Assembly: GCA_016212825.1 (NCBI GenBank)
Contig: JACRDS010000113.1
Coordinates: 1 to 60,071, forward strand
Reading direction: 5' to 3'
DNA from: Elusimicrobiota bacterium
Lineage (GTDB): Bacteria; Elusimicrobiota; Elusimicrobia; UBA1565; UBA9628
Length of the DNA: 60,071 bases
Each line of letters begins with the position of its first letter. Positions within the stretch are counted from its first letter, which is position 1. Below, piece after piece: positions 18,367 through 26,258 of the stretch. The translations under genes were made by a program, and so were the position numbers. The notes below the pieces were generated by a model. It saw nothing but the letters and a program-made list of their open reading frames with translations. It did not search any database and had not been told where the DNA came from.

Positions 18367-20276
18367 CCCAGGAACTGCTTTCCAAGATCCAGGACCCGGC
18401 GGACCTGCGCCGGCTCAAGCCGGAGCAGCTGCCCCAGGTCTGCGACGAGCTGCGCGAGACCATAATCGACACCATCTCCAAGAGCGGCGGGCACCTGGGC
18501 TCGAGCCTGGGGGCCACGGAGATCATCACCGCCCTGCACTACGTGTTCCAGACCCCGCGCGACAAGATCATCTTCGACACCGGGCACCAGAGCTACAGCC
18601 ACAAGCTCCTGACCGGGCGCCGCGAGAGGTTCGCGGGCATCCGGCAGTTCGGCGGCCTCTCGGGCTTCCCCAAGCGCTGCGAGTCCGAGTACGACACATT
18701 CGGAACGGGCCACGCCTCCACCGCGATCTCCGCGGCCCTGGGTATGGCCGCGGCGCGCGACCTCAAGGGCGAGGACTTCAAGGTCGTGGCCCTGGTGGCC
18801 GACGGCTGCATGACCGGCGGCGAGGCCTACGAGGGGCTGCAGAACGCGGGCATGCTGCAGTCGGACCTGCTGGTGATCCTCAACGACAACCAGATGTTCA
18901 TCTCCAAGCGCGTGGGCGCCTGGGGCACCTTCCTGACCAAGCTCCTGACCTTGGGCGCGGTGCGCGGAGCCGAGGACTCGGTCAAGAAGTTCCTGGCGCG
19001 CTTCCAGTTCTGGGGCTCGAGCATCCTGCGCGTGGCCAAGCGCGCGCGCGTCCTGCTCTTCCCGGGCATGCTCTTCGAGGAGATGGGCTTCGCCTACTTC
19101 GGCCCGGTGGACGGCCACGACGTGGTCCAGCTCGTGGAGGTGCTGCGCCACGTCAAGACCCTGCGCGGCCCGGCCCTGCTGCATTGCGTGACCAAGAAGG
19201 GCAAGGGCTACCCGCACGCGGAGAACGACGCCACGGCCTTCCACGGCCCCAGCCGCTTCGACGTGAGCACCGGGCAGTTCCTCAAGAACCCCACCCCCAA
19301 GGAGCCGCCGCCGAGCTACACGGCGGTCTTCGGCCAGGCGGTGGTGGAGGAGGCCCGGCGCGATCCGCGCGTGACCGCCATCACCGCGGCCATGCCCGAG
19401 GGCACGGGCCTGGACAAGTTTCGCGACGAGTTCCCCCGCCGCTTCTACGACGTGGGCCTCGCGGAGGCGCATGCGGTGACCTTCGCCGCGGGCCTGGCCG
19501 CGGAGGGCTACCGGCCGGTGGTGGCGCTCTACTCCAGCTTCCTGCAGCGCGGCTTCGACCAGGTGGCCCACGACGTCTGCCTGCAGAACCTGCCCGTGAC
19601 CTTCGCCATCGACCGCGGCGGCCTGGTGGGCGAGGACGGCCCCACTCATCACGGCGTGTTCGACCTGGGATTTTTGCGCCTGCTGCCCGACATCACGGTG
19701 ATGGCGCCGGCCGACGAGAACGAGCTGCGGCACATGCTGCGCACGGCATTGTCCTTGGGGACGCCGGCGGCCCTGCGCTACCCGCGCGGCCTGGGCGTGG
19801 GCGTGGCCCTGGACCCGGAGCCCCAGAGCCTGCCCGTGGGCAAGGGGGTGCGGCTCAAGGACGGCACGGCCGTGACCATCCTGGCCATCGGCGACCGCGT
19901 GCACCCCGCCCTGGCCGCGGCGCACCTGCTCGACGACATGGGCCTCTCCACGGGCGTGATCAACATGCGCTTCGTCAAGCCCCTCGACGAGGAGCTCGTG
20001 CGCCAGGCCGCGGCCGCCACGCCGCGGCTGGTGACCGTGGAGGACAACGCCCTGCCCGGCGGCTTCGGCAGCGCCGTGCTGGAGGTGGCCGCGGGCTCGG
20101 GCGCGCAGGTCCTGCGTCTGGGCATCCCGGACCGCTGGGTCGAGCACGGCTCGCTGAGCCAGCTCTACGACCTGACCGGCATCTCTTCCCAGAAGATCGC
20201 GCAGCGTACCGCCGAATGGCTGGGGCACCGGCCTCGCCCGGCCGCGGCGGCGATTCGTGCCCAGGAGGCGTCATGA
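18363..20276 (+). CDS. dxs: 1-deoxy-D-xylulose-5-phosphate synthase
   Basis: 637 aa. SGGHLGSSLGATEIITALHYVF, DTGHQSYSHKLLTGR and the TPP-binding region GDGCMTGGEAYEGLQNAG are present. An ATGA overlaps ispA. Confidence 0.95.
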   Translation: MTQELLSKIQDPADLRRLKPEQLPQVCDELRETIIDTISKSGGHLGSSLGATEIITALHYVFQTPRDKIIFDTGHQSYSHKLLTGRRERFAGIRQFGGLSGFPKRCESEYDTFGTGHASTAISAALGMAAARDLKGEDFKVVALVADGCMTGGEAYEGLQNAGMLQSDLLVILNDNQMFISKRVGAWGTFLTKLLTLGAVRGAEDSVKKFLARFQFWGSSILRVAKRARVLLFPGMLFEEMGFAYFGPVDGHDVVQLVEVLRHVKTLRGPALLHCVTKKGKGYPHAENDATAFHGPSRFDVSTGQFLKNPTPKEPPPSYTAVFGQAVVEEARRDPRVTAITAAMPEGTGLDKFRDEFPRRFYDVGLAEAHAVTFAAGLAAEGYRPVVALYSSFLQRGFDQVAHDVCLQNLPVTFAIDRGGLVGEDGPTHHGVFDLGFLRLLPDITVMAPADENELRHMLRTALSLGTPAALRYPRGLGVGVALDPEPQSLPVGKGVRLKDGTAVTILAIGDRVHPALAAAHLLDDMGLSTGVINMRFVKPLDEELVRQAAAATPRLVTVEDNALPGGFGSAVLEVAAGSGAQVLRLGIPDRWVEHGSLSQLYDLTGISSQKIAQRTAEWLGHRPRPAAAAIRAQEAS

Positions 20277-20467
20277 GAGAAGGCAGATGGCTCCAGCCGC
20301 GTCATGCCAGCCAGGAGGTCTTCGAGCGGGACTTCCCGCAGACCGACCTGTACGGACTCGATGTCTACTGCCCGGGCTGCAAGGCCCTGGTCAAGCTCTC
20401 CCGCAAGGCGGCCAACGGCCGCATCGGAGGCTGGTGCAAGAAGTGCCAGAGAGGTATCTGCCCATGA
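20273..20467 (+). CDS. Small zinc-ribbon protein (64 aa), function unknown
   Basis: The ATG at 20273 overlaps the dxs stop (ATGA). The translation MREGRWLQPRHASQEVFERDFPQTDLYGLDVYCPGCKALVKLSRKAANGRIGGWCKKCQRGICP has a CPGC...CKKC pair. Codon third positions are G/C-rich like real genes. It is the tail of track ORF 19184..20467. Confidence 0.5.
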   Translation: MREGRWLQPRHASQEVFERDFPQTDLYGLDVYCPGCKALVKLSRKAANGRIGGWCKKCQRGICP

Positions 20468-20766
20468 ACACGCTCGCCGAGACCGAGACCCTGACCAAGG
20501 AAGAGTTCGCCGTCGACGCCCCGATCGCCCCCCCCGCGGAGGAGACCGATCCGGAGAAGCTCAAGAAGAAGGCGCGCCGGCCCCCCAAGGACGGCCCCTG
20601 CAAGCGCTGCGGCCAGGACCGGCCCCTCAACCGCCTGATGTTGTGCTACCCCTGCTGGGTCAAGACCGAGCTGGAGAAGACGGGCTGGCGCGAGGGCATG
20701 CCGCACCCGGACTGGTGCCGCTGCGAGGGCATCAAGGACCACCAGCGCAAGTCCGACGGGAACTGA
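20464..20766 (+). CDS. Small Cys-rich protein (100 aa), function unknown
   Basis: The ATG at 20464 overlaps the previous stop (ATGA). The translation MNTLAETETLTKEEF...GPCKRCGQDRPLNRLMLCYPCWVKTELEKTGWREGMPHPDWCRCEG contains CxxC, CxxC and CxC. Its composition is non-repetitive, unlike the alternative frames. Confidence 0.5.
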   Translation: MNTLAETETLTKEEFAVDAPIAPPAEETDPEKLKKKARRPPKDGPCKRCGQDRPLNRLMLCYPCWVKTELEKTGWREGMPHPDWCRCEGIKDHQRKSDGN

Positions 20767-20773
20767 GGCGGCC

Positions 20774-22144
20774 ATGAGAGCCGTCCTGACCGCCCTGCTG
20801 CTGCTCCCCGTCCTGTCCGGCTGCGGCACGCCGCTGCTGCGCGCGGTCGATCGCAACGACTTCTACGCGGTGCGCGAGCAGCTGGACAAGGGCGCCGACA
20901 TCAACCGGCAGGTGACGTTCGGAGAGTGCCACCAAGCCCTGGACTGCGCCTTGTCCAAGGGGCACCGGACCATCGCCAAGCTGCTCATCGAGCGCGGCGC
21001 GGACGTCCACGGCCAGGGGCTCTACGTCCCCCCTATCGTCACGACCGCCAGGAGGAACGACCCGGAGCTGGTCCAGCTCCTGCTCGACCACGGCGCGCGC
21101 GTGGACTCCCGCGATTGGGAGGGCAACGACGCCCTGACCGTGGCCGCCTTCCACGGCTACTGGGAGCTCGTGGACCTGCTCCTGGCCCGGAGCGCGGAGA
21201 TAGACAATGCCGTGGCCCGGCTGGAGGTCTTCGCGCAGGAGACGGGGGTCTGGGCCAACCCGGCCGCGGCGCGCGGCGGCATCGCCAAGCTCCGCCGCCG
21301 TTCCGCCGGACGGACGGTCGAGGCCGCTCCCGCGTCCGAGCCGGTCCGGAAGGCGGCGCCGGCCCCTGATGTTGACGCGCCGTCCTACAGGCTCCCAGAG
21401 CGCGGCGCGGACTTCGCCGTCGTGGTGGGCATCGAGGACTACAGCGCCCTGCCGCCGGCCCGCTTCGCGGCGCGCGACGCGCAGGCCGTGGCCGCGCACC
21501 TCAAGGCCCTGGGGGTCCCGGAGCGCAATATCGCTTTGCTCACCGGCGTGCAGGCCACCAGGACCGGCCTGGCCAAGAACATAGAGGCCTGGCTGGCCAA
21601 CAACGTGGACGAGCGCTCCACGGTCTTCTTCTACTATTCCGGGCACGGCGCGCCCCAGCCGGAGACGGGCGAGGCCTTCCTGGTCCCCTTCGACGGCGAC
21701 CCGGAGTACCTGGCCGAGACCGGCTACCCGCTCAAGCGCCTCTACGAGAAACTGGGCGGCCTCAAGGCCAAGCGCGTCATCGCGGTCCTGGACTCCTGCT
21801 TCTCCGGCGCCGGCGGCCGCTCGGTGCTGGCCAAGGGCACCCGGCCGTTGGTCAACAAGATCGACGTGGGCGCTCCGACAGGGGCCAAGGTGGTGTCCTT
21901 GAGCGCCTCGCAGGCCAGCCAGGTCTCGGGCGCGGACGAGGAGGCCCGCCACGGGCTCTTCACCTACCACCTGCTCATGGGTCTCAACGGCGCGGCCCAG
22001 GACCGGGCCGGCGGGGTCACGGTGAAGTCCCTCTTCGACTATCTGGCGCCCAGGGTCGCCGACGGCGCCCGGCGTTCCAACCGCAGCCAGACCCCCCGGA
22101 TGCTGCCCGAAGCCGGGCCGGCGGGGCAGTGGCGGCTCAGGTAG
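20774..22144 (+). CDS. Lipoprotein with N-terminal ankyrin repeats and C-terminal caspase-like (peptidase C14) domain
   Basis: 456 aa with lipobox LLPVLSGC. ANK repeats: DKGADINRQ, GHRTIAKLLIERGADVH, NDPELVQLLLDHGARVDSRDWEGNDALTVAAFHGYWELVDLLL. Caspase p20-like: FAVVVGIEDY, His in FFYYSGHGAP, Cys in AVLDSCFSGAGG. Confidence 0.85.
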   Translation: MRAVLTALLLLPVLSGCGTPLLRAVDRNDFYAVREQLDKGADINRQVTFGECHQALDCALSKGHRTIAKLLIERGADVHGQGLYVPPIVTTARRNDPELVQLLLDHGARVDSRDWEGNDALTVAAFHGYWELVDLLLARSAEIDNAVARLEVFAQETGVWANPAAARGGIAKLRRRSAGRTVEAAPASEPVRKAAPAPDVDAPSYRLPERGADFAVVVGIEDYSALPPARFAARDAQAVAAHLKALGVPERNIALLTGVQATRTGLAKNIEAWLANNVDERSTVFFYYSGHGAPQPETGEAFLVPFDGDPEYLAETGYPLKRLYEKLGGLKAKRVIAVLDSCFSGAGGRSVLAKGTRPLVNKIDVGAPTGAKVVSLSASQASQVSGADEEARHGLFTYHLLMGLNGAAQDRAGGVTVKSLFDYLAPRVADGARRSNRSQTPRMLPEAGPAGQWRLR

Positions 22145-22150
22145 CGGCCG

Positions 22151-22693
22151 CTACTGCTTGAAGACCATCTTCCGGTAGAAGGCGAGCTCCGCGATGGACT
22201 CGCGCACGTCGGCCAAAGCCTCGTGCTGCTTGGCCTTGGTATATTGGAATTCCTTCCCGGGATACCACCGCTGGACCAGCTCCTTGACCGTGCTCACGTC
22301 GATGGAGCGGTAATGGAAGAACTCATGCAGGATGGGCATATAGCGCGCCAGGAAGCGGCGGTCCTGCCCGATGGTGTTGCCGCACAGCAGGGACTTGCCG
22401 GGCCGGCACCACTGGCCCAGGAACTCCAGGGTCCGGGCCTGGGCGTCGGCCAGGTTCACGGTGGAGCGGCGTACGCGCTCGGTCAGGCCCGACTGTCCGT
22501 GGTGCTCCACGCACCAGGGGTCCATCCGGGAGAGCGTCTCGTCGCTCTGGTGGATAGCCAAGCAGGGACCTTCGGCCAGTTCGCGCAGGGCGCTGTCCGT
22601 GACGATGGTGGCGATTTCCAGGATGGTGTCCCTCTCAGGGAACAGCCCGGTCATCTCCAGGTCCAGCCAGACCAGGTTCTTCTCGTCCCTCAT
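22151..22693 (-). CDS. orn: Oligoribonuclease
   Basis: 180 aa. [11 protein letters not shown] (DEDDh exonuclease motif I), [10 protein letters not shown] and [13 protein letters not shown] are present. Confidence 0.9.
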   Translation of the reverse strand: MRDEKNLVWLDLEMTGLFPERDTILEIATIVTDSALRELAEGPCLAIHQSDETLSRMDPWCVEHHGQSGLTERVRRSTVNLADAQARTLEFLGQWCRPGKSLLCGNTIGQDRRFLARYMPILHEFFHYRSIDVSTVKELVQRWYPGKEFQYTKAKQHEALADVRESIAELAFYRKMVFKQ

Positions 22694-22729
22694 CGCGCCA
22701 TGAGCATAGCAAAATGCACCGCGCTCTTG

Positions 22730-22741
22730 TGACTTAAGTCA
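22730..22741. promoter_or_regulatory. Perfect 12-bp palindrome TGACTTAAGTCA in the orn / lipoprotein-operon divergent intergenic region (candidate operator)
   Basis: Read directly from the sequence. It is self-complementary and abuts the -35 element at 22744. Confidence 0.3.
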
Positions 22742-22743
22742 TC

Positions 22744-22773
22744 TTGACACCTGTTTATAGCTTCTGTTAGACT
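22744..22773 (+). promoter_or_regulatory. Sigma70-like promoter of the lipoprotein operon (TTGACA-18 nt-TAGACT)
   Basis: TTGACA at 22744-22749 and TAGACT at 22768-22773. A strong SD, AAAGGAGGA, lies at ~22812-22820, ahead of the ATG at 22828. Confidence 0.45.
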
Positions 22774-22827
22774 AGCTCCGCAGGTACGCCGAGCTCTTTA
22801 GGGCGCATCTCAAAGGAGGACTCAGGA

Positions 22828-23406
22828 ATGTATCGAAACGCCGCCAAGTTGGGCACGTTCGTGTTCGCCGCCGCTCTGGCCGCCGTCATGGGCTGCACCG
22901 GCCCGCAAAAGGCCAGCCCCATCGCCAGCAACGCGCCGGAATGGGTCAATAAGGGCTCGGGCGCCTTCAAGGACGCCGCCGGTGGAGCCGTGTTCTACGG
23001 CGTCGGCATCGCCCAAGGCATCCGCAACCGCGCCCTGCAGGTCACGGCCGCCGACGATCGCGGCCGCGCCGAGATCGCCAAGATCATGAACAGCTACGTC
23101 GTCGTCCTGACCAAGGACTACATGGCCTCCATCACGGCCGGCGACTTGAGCAAGTCCAGCGAAGAGCAGATGGTCTCCCAGACCATGAAGAACTTCGCCA
23201 AGTTCACCCTGCATGGCGCAATGCCGGTGGACCACTGGAAGGACCCGACCGACGGCACCCTCTTCGCCCTGGTCAAGCTCGACATGGCCGCGGTCAGGAA
23301 GAGCCTCGACGAGTCCAAGGAGCTCGACTCCAAGCTGCGCGACTACGTGAAGGCCAACGCGGAGAAGGCCTTCGACGAGCTCGCCGCCGAGGAAGCCAAG
23401 CACTGA
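22828..23406 (+). CDS. LPP20-family lipoprotein
   Basis: 192 aa with lipobox AAVMGC. VFYGVGIAQGIRNRALQVTAADDRGRAEIAKIMNSYVVVL matches the LPP20/FlgP-like core. Confidence 0.7.
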   Translation: MYRNAAKLGTFVFAAALAAVMGCTGPQKASPIASNAPEWVNKGSGAFKDAAGGAVFYGVGIAQGIRNRALQVTAADDRGRAEIAKIMNSYVVVLTKDYMASITAGDLSKSSEEQMVSQTMKNFAKFTLHGAMPVDHWKDPTDGTLFALVKLDMAAVRKSLDESKELDSKLRDYVKANAEKAFDELAAEEAKH

Positions 23407-23431
23407 GCCGACGATCGTCCTGAGGACCACT

Positions 23432-23461
23432 CCCGGCGGCAGGCTTGAGCCTGCCGCCGGG
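23432..23461 (+). other. Strong GC stem-loop (13-bp stem, TTGA loop) between the first and second lipoprotein genes
   Basis: CCCGGCGGCAGGC-TTGA-GCCTGCCGCCGGG read directly. No T-tract follows, so it is more likely an mRNA stability/processing element or attenuator than a canonical terminator. Confidence 0.4.
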
Positions 23462-23489
23462 AGGCCTCGACCACCCAGAAGGAGAGACC

Positions 23490-24098
23490 ATGCTGAAATC
23501 CATGCTTGCCCCCCTCTTCATCGCCGTCCTGCTGTTCCCCGCCATGACCGGCTGCGCCGGCACCCAGGTCCAGCGCATGGACGTGGGGGAAGTCAAAGAC
23601 ATCAGCGGCCGCTGGAACGACACCGATTCCCGCCTGGTCGCCGAGGAGATGATCAAGGACTGTCTCTCCCGCCCCTGGCTGGCCGCCGCGACGTCGAAGA
23701 AGGGCAACATGCCGACCGTCATCGTGGGCACCGTGCGCAACCAGTCCAGCGAACACATCGCCACCGACACCTTCACCGAGGACCTGCAGCGCGAGCTCCT
23801 CAACTCCGGCAAGGTGGAGTTCGTGGCCTCCAAGGGCGAGCGCGGCGATGTCCGCGACGAGCGCCTGGACCAGGACACCAACTCCTCGGAGGAGACCCGC
23901 AAGGAGCACGGCCAGGAGTCGGGCGCCGACTTCATGCTCAGCGGCATCATCAGCACCATCACGGACCAGGAAGGCGGCAAGTCGGTGGTCCTCTACCAGA
24001 CCAACCTCAAGCTGCTCAACATGAAGACCAACGTGATCGCCTGGAACGGCTCGAAGAAGATCAAGAAGTTCGTCCAGCGCGCCAAGGCCGGCTGGTAA
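23490..24098 (+). CDS. LpoB-family (penicillin-binding protein activator-like, COG3417-type) lipoprotein
   Basis: Track ORF 23445..24098 is trimmed to the ATG at 23490, which follows the SD GGAGAG. Lipobox AMTGC. VIVGTVRNQSSEHIATDTFTEDLQRELLNSGKVEFV...FMLSGIISTI...YQTNLKLLNMKTNVIAW resembles the LpoB fold pattern. Confidence 0.65.
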   Translation: MLKSMLAPLFIAVLLFPAMTGCAGTQVQRMDVGEVKDISGRWNDTDSRLVAEEMIKDCLSRPWLAAATSKKGNMPTVIVGTVRNQSSEHIATDTFTEDLQRELLNSGKVEFVASKGERGDVRDERLDQDTNSSEETRKEHGQESGADFMLSGIISTITDQEGGKSVVLYQTNLKLLNMKTNVIAWNGSKKIKKFVQRAKAGW

Positions 24099-24134
24099 GC
24101 CGTCCTATCCGAACCATCGCCGTCCGGAGAGAAA

Positions 24135-25568
24135 ATGATGAGAGTCCCTAGCAGGATCCCGATCCGGACGGCGGTGGCCGCCGTCCTCCTCCTCGCCGTC
24201 GCGGGCTGCAAATCCGGCCCCTCCGGCTCCTTCAAGAAGAAGCTCAACGTCTCCCTGGGCGCGCAGAACTACGCCCAGGCCTTGATGGACATCGACAAGG
24301 CCAAGGAAGGCCAGTACGGCAAGAAGAACATGGTGCTCTACTACCTGGACCGGGGCACGGTCCTGCACCATGACGGCAAGTACAAGGAGAGCGACGACGC
24401 CTTCAACAGCGCCGAGAACCGCATGGTGGAGCTCTACACCAAGAGCGTCACCAAGTCCGCAGGCATGCTGGTGCTCAACGACAACACGGTGGACTACGCG
24501 GGCGAGCCCTTCGAGCGGGCCCTGACCAACGTGTACCGGGCATTCAACTGGCTCTTCCAGGACAAGCTCGACGAGGCCCTGGTCGAGGTGCGCAAGGCGG
24601 GCCTGTTCCTCGAGGAGCTCAACACCATGCTGGAGGGCAAGGCCAAGTACAAGGACGACGCCTTCGCCCAGTACATCTCGGCCCTGCTCTACGCGGACGC
24701 GGGCAAGATGGACGACGCGCGCATCTCCATGGAGCGCGCCATGGACGCCTACGGCTGGTACCAGAGCGACTACGGCGTGGCCCCGCCCAAGTTCGACTTC
24801 CCCAAGCCGGATAAGAAGGAGCCGCGCGGCGAGCTGGTCTTCGTGCACTTCAACGGCGTGGCGCCCATCAAGGTCTCCAAGACCTTCCAGGTGGCCTGGG
24901 GCAACGCCCTGGCCATCGCCAAGGAGAACGACACCGAGGCCAGCGGCGCGCAGTTCCAGAACGCCCTGCGCGCGGGCATCACGGGCAACTCCATCACCGT
25001 GTCCTATCCCGAATACCAGCCCCAGCCCTTCCGCACCAAGTCCTCCGAGGTCTCGGTGGACGGCGGCGCGGCCCTGCCCACGACGCTGATGGAGGACGTG
25101 CAGGCCATCGCGGCCAAGACCCTGCAGGACCGCATGGCCATCATCAAGACCCGGGCCATCGCCCGGGCCACGGTCAAGTACATCCTGGCCCTGGCGGCGG
25201 CCAAGGCCGCGCAGAAAGGCTGCGACCAGATCGGCAACGCCTTCGCCAAGATCGCCTGCAAGGTGGCGGCGACGGCCATCGCCCAGGGCGCGGCCGCGGC
25301 CTCCGAGTTCGCGGACACCCGCTGCTGGGGCACCTTGCCCGCCGAGATCCGCATGGCGCGCATGAAGCTGCCGGTGGGCAAGCACAGCATCGCGGTGGCC
25401 TTCAAGGACGGGGCCGGCAACGTGGTCGGCACCAAGACCTACAACGACGTGGAGATCACCGAGAAGAAGCGCATCTACCTGAGCTACCGCACCGCGGACG
25501 CCGTCGAGCCGACGCCGCAGGGCGGCGGGGGCTCCGGAGGCGGTAAAATCAAAGCGGGAGCGAAATGA
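24135..25568 (+). CDS. Large lipoprotein with TPR-like N-terminal region, unknown function (family often found beside LpoB/LPP20-like genes, from memory)
   Basis: 477 aa with lipobox LAVAGC and helical repeat-like segments (YAQALMDIDKAKEG, ERALTNVYRAFNWLFQDKLDEALVEVRKA, AQYISALLYADAGKMDDARISMERAMDAY). The C-terminus is Gly-rich. Confidence 0.6.
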   Translation: MMRVPSRIPIRTAVAAVLLLAVAGCKSGPSGSFKKKLNVSLGAQNYAQALMDIDKAKEGQYGKKNMVLYYLDRGTVLHHDGKYKESDDAFNSAENRMVELYTKSVTKSAGMLVLNDNTVDYAGEPFERALTNVYRAFNWLFQDKLDEALVEVRKAGLFLEELNTMLEGKAKYKDDAFAQYISALLYADAGKMDDARISMERAMDAYGWYQSDYGVAPPKFDFPKPDKKEPRGELVFVHFNGVAPIKVSKTFQVAWGNALAIAKENDTEASGAQFQNALRAGITGNSITVSYPEYQPQPFRTKSSEVSVDGGAALPTTLMEDVQAIAAKTLQDRMAIIKTRAIARATVKYILALAAAKAAQKGCDQIGNAFAKIACKVAATAIAQGAAAASEFADTRCWGTLPAEIRMARMKLPVGKHSIAVAFKDGAGNVVGTKTYNDVEITEKKRIYLSYRTADAVEPTPQGGGGSGGGKIKAGAK

Positions 25569-26257
25569 TGAAGAAGATACTTCCTTTCCTGATGGTCCTG
25601 GCCTGCGCCTGCGCGGCCGCGTCTCCGGCCCAGGCCAAGCCGAAGCCGGACTGGGTGGACGGCGAGAGCCGGGAGTTCCGCCGCGACCAGTACCTGACCG
25701 GCGTGGGCAGCGCGGACGACCGCAACACGGCCTCGGAGCGGGCGCGCGGGGAGATCTCCAAGATCTTCACCTCGCAGATGAACGTGGTGTCCAACTCCAT
25801 GTCCGCCGAGTCCACGGTCCAGGTCACGGGCAAGAAGGACCAGAACTCCTTCTCCCAGTCCGTGGCGCTGAGCGTGGAGAACGTGTCCAAGAAGCTGCTG
25901 GAAGGCGTGGAGATCGAACAGACCTGGCAGGACGAAGCCTCGCGCGTCTGGTACGCGCTGGCGGTGCTGGACAAGTCCAAGGCGCTCTCCGCGGTGACGG
26001 ACAAGGTCGCGGACCTGGACGCCCAGGTCAAGCAGTACTACGCGCAGATGGTGCAGGCCGTAGACAAGCTGCCGCGCGTCAAGGCGGCCATGAAGCTGCT
26101 GGCCATCTTCAAGGCCCGCAAGGAACTGGAGGGCGACCTGCGCGTGCTCGACGGCAAGGGCATGCCCAACCCGGTGGACGAGGCGGCCGTGAAGGCGGCG
26201 GCGGCCAAGGCGCTGCAAGAGATCGAGATCGTCGTGGACATCAGCCAAGGAGCCTGA
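25565..26257 (+). CDS. LPP20-family lipoprotein/secreted protein (second copy)
   Basis: 230 aa with a signal peptide (ASPAQA). YLTGVGSADDRNTASERARGEISKIFTSQMNVV matches the LPP20 core. ATGA overlaps the upstream gene. Confidence 0.65.
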   Translation: MMKKILPFLMVLACACAAASPAQAKPKPDWVDGESREFRRDQYLTGVGSADDRNTASERARGEISKIFTSQMNVVSNSMSAESTVQVTGKKDQNSFSQSVALSVENVSKKLLEGVEIEQTWQDEASRVWYALAVLDKSKALSAVTDKVADLDAQVKQYYAQMVQAVDKLPRVKAAMKLLAIFKARKELEGDLRVLDGKGMPNPVDEAAVKAAAAKALQEIEIVVDISQGA

Positions 26258-26258
26258 C

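Noticed and set aside
12742-20467. Large shadow ORFs over the hopanoid/isoprenoid operon: 12742..15741 -, 12780..15482 +, the 5' two-thirds of 15479..17458 +, 15852..16739 -, 16831..18021 -, 18342..20228 -, and the 5' part of 19184..20467 +.
   Set aside because: The same compositional signature applies. The accepted frames carry DxDD/QW, CxxxCxxC, Rossmann, DDxxD and TPP motifs. Only the 3' ends of 15479..17458 (hpnG) and 19184..20467 (the zinc-ribbon ORF) were kept.
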